NCBI GenBank assembly: GCA_016839945.1
Contig: JAEOTE010000104.1
Span: 1 to 31,268 of the forward strand
Length of the DNA stretch: 31,268 nt
From: Candidatus Heimdallarchaeota archaeon
Lineage (GTDB): Archaea; Asgardarchaeota; Heimdallarchaeia; Heimdallarchaeales; Heimdallarchaeaceae
Reading direction: 5' to 3'
Shown here: positions 17,287 to 25,117 of the stretch, piece after piece
How positions within the stretch are numbered: position 1 is the first letter of the stretch
Layout: each line of letters starts with the position of its first letter
Made by a program: the position numbers and the translations under genes
Notes under the pieces: generated by a model
The model's input: the letters and a program-made list of their open reading frames with translations, nothing else
Database searches by the model: none
What the model was told of the DNA's origin: nothing

Positions 17287-17664
17287 ATGAGCCTATCTGG
17301 ACAACAAATTGAAGATATACTACATGAATTTGAAGCAAATACTGAAGGAATTTTAGGATGTTCAATAATTTATGCTAAAGATGCATTACTCTTAGCAGAA
17401 TCATCACAAAAATTCGAACGTTTAGTTATACAATGGCTAAGCGAGAAAATGTTGTCTCTTGCAAAAGAGTCATTACAACAACTAATGAAAGAATATACCT
17501 TACTAAGTGTAACAATTGAAGAGAAGGATCATTTCGTTTATTTAAGACCAATTGGTGATGAATATTATGCTGTAATAATCGCTACCAAAGAAGAAAATAG
17601 AGGTCTATTAGAGCATAACATAAAAAGACTCTTACAACGCTTGGCACCAATGATGTTGAAATAA
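17287..17664 (+). CDS. Roadblock/LC7 (MglB-like) domain protein
   Basis: IEDILHEFEANTEGILGCSIIYAKDALLLAE..SVTIE..YAVIIAT..NRGLL pattern and size about 125 aa. The ATG at 17287 is preferred over GTG at 17278. Confidence 0.85.
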   Translation: MSLSGQQIEDILHEFEANTEGILGCSIIYAKDALLLAESSQKFERLVIQWLSEKMLSLAKESLQQLMKEYTLLSVTIEEKDHFVYLRPIGDEYYAVIIATKEENRGLLEHNIKRLLQRLAPMMLK

Positions 17665-17721
17665 TCTATACATTTGAGGTAGAAAATTTTGGATGTTACG
17701 AAACTTAAAGTACTGGCAAAG

Positions 17722-18075
17722 ATGGCAAAAGGAGAAGAAGGACCTAATGTTAGGTTCCATTTCATATCTTCAAGTACAAACGAAGTTACTTGTTCCTGTT
17801 CTACATTAGAGGAATTGTATGAATGTATAATAAAGCTTGATCCTAAAACTATACAAAAACACGTTTGCTCAAGCGAAGAAATAGATAAATTTTCAAGCAC
17901 AAGAGATCTTGCTTTCTATATCCATTACGTATTTGGTGATGCAGAACTTTCTATGAAAATATATAGCTTAGCTGAAAGTCTTGAAAAAAGTCCTGACAAA
18001 CTAAAATTAGAGCTGGGTAATCTCCTTTTTACACGTCTTCTGAATTTTAGTGAAATATCCCTTATACCTGACTAA
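17722..18075 (+). CDS. DUF5752-like protein
   Basis: FHF..CSTLEELYECI..TIQKH..DLAFYIHYVFGDAELSMKI resembles the DUF5752 pattern (F.F, a.sL.el, si..H, DFa.Wi..vlGD.eLa). The ATG at 17722 is preferred over TTG at 17689. Confidence 0.6.
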   Translation: MAKGEEGPNVRFHFISSSTNEVTCSCSTLEELYECIIKLDPKTIQKHVCSSEEIDKFSSTRDLAFYIHYVFGDAELSMKIYSLAESLEKSPDKLKLELGNLLFTRLLNFSEISLIPD

Positions 18076-18108
18076 GTGAAAATCCCATATCTTTATTTTT
18101 TGAATTGA

Positions 18109-19608
18109 TTATGTTTCGTTTTCATCTATTTTTTTATTTTTCCCCTTATCCTTTTTTCTCCGTCTAAAAACTCTACCTACTCCTGATTTTGTTTTAGAAT
18201 AAGCTCCTCCAATTGCACCAGCTACTTTTTTAGTTGGTGAAATAATAACTTTCCTAGCAGTAGATTTTACACCTATTTTCACACCTTCTTTTATTATCAT
18301 GTTAGCATAAATTTTCCAAGAATCTTCTCCTCTCTTTATTCTATCAATTCTCTCTACTAATTCATCAAAAGGAGGTAAAAATTCAAATCTATATAGAATT
18401 GGTGATGCATACTTCCTAAAGTTAACAGACCAAAGGTAACTTAATAAGAAGAAAGCTATCATAAGAGGAAGCAAAATGATAGCAAATTTATCTTTAAGTC
18501 CAACTAAATAATTTACAGAGAAAGATTCAGTAAATATCTCTGCAAAAATATCCTTATCTGATAATATTTGAAGATATGTCACATGATAACCCAGTATCAA
18601 CCCCATTATACTCATTAGTACACCTAAGGGACCAATAGCTCTAGGTATCTTTAACAAACCCCATCGCTCTTCTTCCTCCACAACTATCTCTACTTTTTTC
18701 TTTCTCCTTCTCTTTCTCTTCTTTGTTTCTTCTTCACGTTCTTCTTGTAGACGAGTCTGATCTAATGCACTAGCTTCAATTCTCTTTACTTTCTTTCCAT
18801 AATTGGAGACAGTGTAAAAAATGAAAAATAGAGCAACTAAAATACTCCCTACATTATCACTTGGGGGTTGTCCTCTAATTGTATATATTGTTAATTTCCA
18901 CAAAGTAAAAGATGTAAAAATATAGAAAAACGCTAAGATTGTATAAAAAACATCATCTTTCTTTCCTAAAACAAATATAATTACGTTAACAAGAATAATA
19001 GCAATTATTGCAAAACAAGCAGTAAAAATAAGAAATGGATCTGAAGTATCAATCCCAAAATACATTAGGTAACCTCCCATTGCTGCATTTGCTAAAGATA
19101 AAATGAAAACAACTCCACCGAATAAAATTGATCCTTCATCAGCTTGTTTTCCAAGGAACATTACACTCCCTAATACCTTGCTTCCCCAAAAATTACGAGA
19201 TATTGAGAATGTTATAAAAACTGATACTATAATCCATGCTAAATAACAAATTCCAGCAATGAAAGGGGAAATATCGAAATTCGCAACTATAGGAAGGTAA
19301 TAAATAAGTGCAGAACCTCCTGCAGCTACAAGGAAAGCTGGTCCTACCCAATATTTAAAGGGATATCGAGAAAAAAATAAACCAAAAACGATGTATGTTA
19401 CTGCAACTGCAAGTTCTACTCCAATTAGTATATAACCTACATCTATTGCTGCTAGCTCTTTTTCAATTAGATAAAAAACTGTAGAAGTAACAGAAATAAG
19501 AATAAATGCTATTGTATAGAAAATATATTTCTTACTGAAGAGAACCTTTAATCCACTTGTAAATATAGTTTTAATATATTGGTAAAAAGCTTTTTCTACA
19601 TACGACAT
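18109..19608 (-). CDS. Multi-pass membrane protein of unknown function (about 10 TM helices)
   Basis: About ten hydrophobic 20-residue stretches, a highly charged loop (EEREEETKKRKRRRKKK) and a polybasic C-terminal tail. Confidence 0.85.
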   Translation of the reverse strand: MSYVEKAFYQYIKTIFTSGLKVLFSKKYIFYTIAFILISVTSTVFYLIEKELAAIDVGYILIGVELAVAVTYIVFGLFFSRYPFKYWVGPAFLVAAGGSALIYYLPIVANFDISPFIAGICYLAWIIVSVFITFSISRNFWGSKVLGSVMFLGKQADEGSILFGGVVFILSLANAAMGGYLMYFGIDTSDPFLIFTACFAIIAIILVNVIIFVLGKKDDVFYTILAFFYIFTSFTLWKLTIYTIRGQPPSDNVGSILVALFFIFYTVSNYGKKVKRIEASALDQTRLQEEREEETKKRKRRRKKKVEIVVEEEERWGLLKIPRAIGPLGVLMSIMGLILGYHVTYLQILSDKDIFAEIFTESFSVNYLVGLKDKFAIILLPLMIAFFLLSYLWSVNFRKYASPILYRFEFLPPFDELVERIDRIKRGEDSWKIYANMIIKEGVKIGVKSTARKVIISPTKKVAGAIGGAYSKTKSGVGRVFRRRKKDKGKNKKIDENET

Positions 19609-19702
19609 ATGTATACCTAAAGTGTGCGTTAGATAAAAAAGTTTGCAATCTATTTGAATAAAACTTTTAAAAATTCTAATTTAAAAGAAATAGGTAAAGA
19701 AA

Positions 19703-20554
19703 ATGTTTGAGAATCCTTTTCATTTATTTGACACATTTTTATTTGATGGAGATGGTGTTCTTTACAAAGAAAATAGTCCCTTGCCTGGAGCTATTGAATT
19801 ACTAAGTCAATTAGAAAAATCAGGAAAGAAAATTCTTCTTCTAACTAATAATAGTACTAAAGTTCGTACCGATTATGTTCAAAAGTTATCTGATATGGGT
19901 ATTGCTATTAAGAAAGAAGATATTCTTACTTCTTCGTATCTAACAGCAAAACATATCTCTGAAAAGAAACCTAATTCTCGCATCTATGTAATAGGTGAAG
20001 AAGGATTGAAGAAAGAACTTCAAAACCTAAATCTAGAAGTTGTAAACCCCAAAATAGAAACAAATAATGAAGAAATATTTGATTTTGACTTTGAAGGAAT
20101 TGACTATGTTGTTACAGGAATGGATAGAAAACTGAATTATGTTAAAATGGCTAGAGCGATGAATCTTCTTAGAAAGAAGGATAAAACAGTAGAATTTATT
20201 GCTACTAATGCTGATATTTCCTTCCCTACAAACAATGGTCTCATTCCAGGTGGAGGGGCAATGATAACAGTTTTAGAAGAATTATCAGGTAGGAAAGTAT
20301 CCAAAATAATTGGAAAACCTCAAGAAAAAATGTATTTGACCGCTTTGGAGATATCAAATACTCCTAAAGAGAAAGCAATTATGTTTGGTGATCGTTTACA
20401 CACAGATATTTATGGTGCAAATCAAATTGGGATTACTTCATGTTTAGTTTTATCTGGAGTGACATCTCAGGAGGATTTAGAGGAACCGTCAGATGATCTA
20501 TCTCCTGATATAATTATCAATGATTTACTAGATGTCTTAAAGCCTATTACTTAA
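19703..20554 (+). CDS. HAD-superfamily hydrolase, subfamily IIA (NagD-like)
   Basis: FDGDGVL, LTNNS, IATNAD, PGGG, GKP, MFGDRLHTDI, LVLSGVT. Confidence 0.95.
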   Translation: MFENPFHLFDTFLFDGDGVLYKENSPLPGAIELLSQLEKSGKKILLLTNNSTKVRTDYVQKLSDMGIAIKKEDILTSSYLTAKHISEKKPNSRIYVIGEEGLKKELQNLNLEVVNPKIETNNEEIFDFDFEGIDYVVTGMDRKLNYVKMARAMNLLRKKDKTVEFIATNADISFPTNNGLIPGGGAMITVLEELSGRKVSKIIGKPQEKMYLTALEISNTPKEKAIMFGDRLHTDIYGANQIGITSCLVLSGVTSQEDLEEPSDDLSPDIIINDLLDVLKPIT

Positions 20555-20633
20555 TAACTAAATATGATAATTTTTAGTTCTAAATGGTTAATGACACCTT
20601 ACATTTTTATATCCCATTTTTCTTTCTTCATAT

Positions 20634-23441
20634 GTGAAGTATCTTTCCCAAATTAGAAAAAAATCGATATGTGTTCTTCTAATAATCACATGTCTTTTCT
20701 CTTTCAACTCTTTTTCTTCGACGATTGCAGAATCTCAATATGAAAAATATAATAGAACATATGATGTCTTTGAGATTATCAAAGAGGGAAGTTTCAGAAA
20801 CAGGATTCAAAAAGCAAACTATGACGAGGAATTTCGAATTATTGTTAAATTATCACATCCTCAACTCATAAACCACTTCAAAGAAGCAGGAAAGAATATT
20901 TGGGAATTTAACTCATACTCTGGCATTGCAATTACCTTGTCAAAGAAAGAGCTTCTAGAGAAATTACAATCTGGGTTTTTTACAGAAGTTTGGAGTAATT
21001 TCGAAATCAAAGCAGCATCATCTTACCTTTCTAGTAATTCTTTGAATTTATCCCAAACAGTTTGTAATTTTACAGAAAAAGTTTCAGCTCCTTCTTTATG
21101 GGATGATGGATTGTATGGCAATAACACACGCATTTCAATATTAGATACTGGAATAAAGATGTCTCATCCAGCATTAGCTGAAACTATGGAAGGAGAAAGT
21201 AGGATCTTAGCAACAAAAAACTTCTTTGATAATACAACAAATGTTGAAGATGATCATGGTCATGGAACTGAAGTTGCTGGTGTAATAGGAAGTAATGGTC
21301 TATATGGATACATGAGAGGAATAGCTCCCAATTGTTACTTTTTAATTGGCAAGGTTCTATCACATGAAGCTACTGGGTCAATTGAACTTCTAATCAAAGG
21401 TATCGACTGGTCTTTAGAGAATGATGCAGATGTAATTAATCTATCATTGGGTAAAGTGGTTTCTGATAGGAATGCTCCAGAGGTTGTAGCAGTTAACAAT
21501 GCAGTAAAGCAAGGAGTTATTGTTTGTGTCTCAGCTGGAAATGCAAGAGGAATTCAAGAGTTAGGTTATAATGATTATCATACTTTGCTTAGTCCAGGTA
21601 TTTCTACTCAAGCAATTACTGTAGGTGCGATTGATAACAATAACATGTTATATGATCTGAGTGGTGCAGGACCTGTTGTTCAGAATTATAATCAAACATC
21701 TTCTGAATTCATTTTTGATTCTATTGAAAATGAAGCAACTTGGTTGAAGCCAGATGTAGTAGCTCCTGGTGTGATGTTAAATACAACAGCATCAAATGGA
21801 GATAATACTAAAGTTGTCTCAGGGACAAGCTATTCAGCAGCTGTTGTCTCAGGAATTTGTTCGTTACTTATTCAAGATAATTCAGAAGCTAAACCTTCAC
21901 TAGTCAAAGCTTCTTTTCTAGAAACATCAATAATTCAAACAATAGATTTTGTGTCACCTCTAGGAATATTTACTTCACATCCAATAGATCCTTCAATTCA
22001 AGGAGCTGGTTTGGTAAATGCTTTACAAGCTTTGAATTTCATAGAAGCCCCACCCAACTTGACTATATGGCCATCTAGAATTCCATTTACCGACAGTTAT
22101 TTTTTCAGGAACAGAAAAAATTCCTTTTATATTCACTTATTTGTTAATAAAGCAGTTGTTGATTTTCATGTGGAAATACCTTCTTACTACTCACAAATAT
22201 TTGATTTTTCTAATATTCCAACTGATCCTGATATCGGTCAATATGATATTCTAGTAACAATGAATACAGAAGATGATTTTATTGGTCTTCATACAGGATC
22301 TGTTTTGTTTAATTCAAACAATATTAGCACACCTCTAAGCTTAAGATATGAAACAATATTGCTGAGAGGCAGAAACTTAATCATCTGTAATGAGATTGGT
22401 GCTGAGAATTTATACTCACTTTATGGTACAGTGAGAAGTATAATTAAAGCATCAAAAATGGTGGGACTAGAACCTATTATTTATGTAAGAGATTCAGATA
22501 TAAGAGAACTTAGTTCAAGAAATTTGAATGATTATGAAGCTATTACAATTATAAATCACAATAAATCAAATTTACACACACTCACAGATGAGGATTTTTC
22601 AGCTCTTTCTGATTATATACTACCTGATGGTGATTATAAAGGAGGTTCTTTGATAATACTTCCTTCAACGAACAGTGATCTTAATAGTTTGAATAATCTT
22701 CTAAATCCTTTTAACATCTCATATGAGACACTTGGTATTGTTAATGAAACAATTGATTTAGCTTCTATTTCACATATTTTAGTAGATGATCCAAATGAAA
22801 TAGATGAAATATTCATTCCTTACCCACTAAATGTCTCAAAAGAGAATGATGCATTTAATTCTATAGCAAATAGATTTGTTTTCTCTGAAAATAGATATGA
22901 TAATGGATCCTTAATTATTGCATGTAACAACATCGAAATGTTTCTTAGCTCTCCCTATATCTACTCTAATTCAGTTTACAATGAGTTATTACTTGCTTCA
23001 GGTTTTGGAGATAATTCTGATCTTTTAGAAAATATCTACACAACCTCGATAGGTTTTGGATTGAGTTTTGAGTATAATCTTTCATCCACTGAAATAAAGG
23101 AGAATGAAAATCTAGTTTTAAGAATTAACGCAAACAATTATTTCAAACCTCTTACTAACTGGGATTTCTATCTTTCACTTGAATTAGAAGAAGTCAAATT
23201 TCTGGAATATGCAAAATACACAGATTTTGAGAATGGTACATATGAATTCTCTTTTAGACCTATTGACCTCGATATAAAACCTGGAAAATATTATCTAGCT
23301 ATTCGATCTTCTTCCAATAAAAACGAATGGGAAATCCATATTTTAGCAAGAGTATCATGGGGTCCTATTATTGTAGAACTCTCAATTTTAGTATGTATAG
23401 TTTTTCTTCTCACTTATAGGAAAAAGAAACCTAAGACGTAA
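20634..23441 (+). CDS. Membrane-anchored S8 subtilisin-like serine protease, Site-1-protease-like architecture
   Basis: Signal peptide, prodomain, catalytic ILDTG, HGHGTEVAG, oxyanion SAGN, SGTSYS, then Ig-like and alpha/beta (GATase-like) regions and C-terminal TM followed by RKKKPKT. Confidence 0.9.
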   Translation: MKYLSQIRKKSICVLLIITCLFSFNSFSSTIAESQYEKYNRTYDVFEIIKEGSFRNRIQKANYDEEFRIIVKLSHPQLINHFKEAGKNIWEFNSYSGIAITLSKKELLEKLQSGFFTEVWSNFEIKAASSYLSSNSLNLSQTVCNFTEKVSAPSLWDDGLYGNNTRISILDTGIKMSHPALAETMEGESRILATKNFFDNTTNVEDDHGHGTEVAGVIGSNGLYGYMRGIAPNCYFLIGKVLSHEATGSIELLIKGIDWSLENDADVINLSLGKVVSDRNAPEVVAVNNAVKQGVIVCVSAGNARGIQELGYNDYHTLLSPGISTQAITVGAIDNNNMLYDLSGAGPVVQNYNQTSSEFIFDSIENEATWLKPDVVAPGVMLNTTASNGDNTKVVSGTSYSAAVVSGICSLLIQDNSEAKPSLVKASFLETSIIQTIDFVSPLGIFTSHPIDPSIQGAGLVNALQALNFIEAPPNLTIWPSRIPFTDSYFFRNRKNSFYIHLFVNKAVVDFHVEIPSYYSQIFDFSNIPTDPDIGQYDILVTMNTEDDFIGLHTGSVLFNSNNISTPLSLRYETILLRGRNLIICNEIGAENLYSLYGTVRSIIKASKMVGLEPIIYVRDSDIRELSSRNLNDYEAITIINHNKSNLHTLTDEDFSALSDYILPDGDYKGGSLIILPSTNSDLNSLNNLLNPFNISYETLGIVNETIDLASISHILVDDPNEIDEIFIPYPLNVSKENDAFNSIANRFVFSENRYDNGSLIIACNNIEMFLSSPYIYSNSVYNELLLASGFGDNSDLLENIYTTSIGFGLSFEYNLSSTEIKENENLVLRINANNYFKPLTNWDFYLSLELEEVKFLEYAKYTDFENGTYEFSFRPIDLDIKPGKYYLAIRSSSNKNEWEIHILARVSWGPIIVELSILVCIVFLLTYRKKKPKT

Positions 23442-23814
23442 GAATTTGATAAATATTCTTTCCATATTTTGAAAGTATATTCATAGCTAAAGCTAAACTA
23501 AAAATCTCATTTGAAGCTGCTAATGCTATAAATGATTCGAGATTTTGTAAGATAACAAAACCTTCAGTACCCTTAATAATGACTTGATCAAGGTCTCCAC
23601 ATTTTATTTGTCCTACAGTCTTCTGACCAGCTGCATTTAGTGCGGATGCTAAGGCTGACATTACGACTTGATCAGTTCCCTTTTCTGCAAAAAAAGCAAG
23701 CTCTTGACCTTCAGCACTTACAATTGCAATAGCTGCTAAATCACATTCTCTAGATATTTCTCGAAGAATACTTATTAACTCACTTTTCTTTTCTGAAGAT
23801 AATTCTCTAATCAT
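23431..23814 (-). CDS. Roadblock/LC7 (MglB-like) domain protein
   Basis: LAAIAIVSAEGQELA..VMSALASAL..LDQVIIKGTEGFVIL is a classic roadblock pattern. The start is placed at the ATG at 23814. The 3' end overlaps the protease stop by 11 nt (convergent). Confidence 0.9.
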   Translation of the reverse strand: MIRELSSEKKSELISILREISRECDLAAIAIVSAEGQELAFFAEKGTDQVVMSALASALNAAGQKTVGQIKCGDLDQVIIKGTEGFVILQNLESFIALAASNEIFSLALAMNILSKYGKNIYQILTS

Positions 23815-23860
23815 TAATTTGTAGAGAGTTTTAGAATTCTTAAACTTTCTCAAGAATATC

Positions 23861-24496
23861 TTAAATGAGAACATCCCTATGTTTCTCACATACAGGAGTC
23901 AAAACTTCTTCAGTTTGACCTTTATACTTGTATGCCCATTGATTATAAACAAAAGCTGGTTTTCCACATACAAAACATAATCTTTCATCAGTTAGAGGTA
24001 TTTTCTTTCTAGGCATTCTGTTCCAATATTCTTTAAACTCTTCAAGACTATTATTATATTTTGTTTCAAGTTTTTTTGCATATTCATCATCCTTTGGTTT
24101 TTTCCCTAAAGAGTAAACAATATAACTCCAAACAGCAATATACAAAATATTCCCAAAAGATTTCAATGGAATAAAATGATACCCAGAAAGTTGAATTTTC
24201 CTTTCAGTTTTTCCAGGAGAGTATTCAACCATTACTTTTTTTCTATGCATACTATGCTGAAAATCAAGACTATATTTTTTTGAAATCCCTCCTATCCTTT
24301 TGCTTAATTCTCCAAATAGATAATCAATAGTTTGAGGGCTTCCTTTTCTATCGGATTCTAGAAATTTAAACTCTATAATTGGAAAAGTTATTTCTATGAA
24401 AGATTTGTTTACTGCAGCATTAGCTTTTCTAACAAGGTATTCATAAAGACCATTAGGAAATGTTAGATTCTTCTTTGCAGGATACATATAAGTCAC
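23861..24496 (-). CDS. Hypothetical protein with C-terminal CxxC...CxxH zinc finger
   Basis: 211 aa with C-terminal CFVCGKPA...PVCEKH. Start is GTG at 24496 or ATG at 24487. Confidence 0.75.
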   Translation of the reverse strand: MTYMYPAKKNLTFPNGLYEYLVRKANAAVNKSFIEITFPIIEFKFLESDRKGSPQTIDYLFGELSKRIGGISKKYSLDFQHSMHRKKVMVEYSPGKTERKIQLSGYHFIPLKSFGNILYIAVWSYIVYSLGKKPKDDEYAKKLETKYNNSLEEFKEYWNRMPRKKIPLTDERLCFVCGKPAFVYNQWAYKYKGQTEEVLTPVCEKHRDVLI

Positions 24497-24550
24497 TCTA
24501 AATATTGATATGATAAAAAAGAGTAAAACTTCCCTAAAAATTTAACGCAT

Positions 24551-24880
24551 TCAATCAGTTTTCAATGTCTCTTCAACTAATTTGAGGAGTTTGTCTCTCC
24601 TATTCCCTATAAGAGAATTAAATGGTTCTCCATCCTTAAAGACTACAAATGTAGGAAGACTAGCTATCATGTATTTGTTTGCAAATTCTGGTTCCTCATC
24701 CATATTCATTCGTAGAAATCTCATCTGATTTTTGTGTTTTTCAAATAACTGCTCAAAATATGGTTCAATACTTCGGCATGGACCACACCAGGGAGCCCAA
24801 GTATCTACTATTATTGGTTTTTTCTCATCCTTAAGGATGTCAGTGAACTCTTTGTATGTAACGTTAGGTACTTTACCCAT
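24551..24880 (-). CDS. trxA: Thioredoxin
   Basis: WAPWCGPC active site, cis-Pro SLPT, FKDG, 109 aa. Confidence 0.96.
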   Translation of the reverse strand: MGKVPNVTYKEFTDILKDEKKPIIVDTWAPWCGPCRSIEPYFEQLFEKHKNQMRFLRMNMDEEPEFANKYMIASLPTFVVFKDGEPFNSLIGNRRDKLLKLVEETLKTD

Positions 24881-24912
24881 TCAAATCCCACTATTACTTT
24901 TAATCGAGATTT

Positions 24913-24933
24913 CAGATAACATATATTTATCTG
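24913..24933. promoter_or_regulatory. Inverted repeat CAGATAA-N7-TTATCTG overlapping a TATA-like element upstream of thioredoxin
   Basis: Perfect 7-bp arms at 24913-24919 and 24927-24933, 33-53 nt upstream of the trxA ATG. The minus strand reads cagaTAAATATAtgttatctg. Confidence 0.4.
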
Positions 24934-25117
24934 TTCTCATTTATCTATCCGCAAAAACAATCTATTTTAAACTTATTGTTGATTTTGATAACTAATAAAA
25001 CTTAAAGACCAAAAGAAGGAAAGTTTAAGTATTTTATAAGGAACTTTCTGAAGTAAGAAAATTATAGATTAATGAGACTAGTCTTTGGAAATTATTGACT
25101 AAGGTGATATTCAAAAA

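Noticed and set aside
17565-17900. 111-aa minus-strand ORF
   Set aside because: Antisense to the roadblock and DUF5752-like genes, which have recognisable patterns.
24732-24995. 87-aa plus-strand ORF
   Set aside because: Antisense to thioredoxin and runs into its promoter region.
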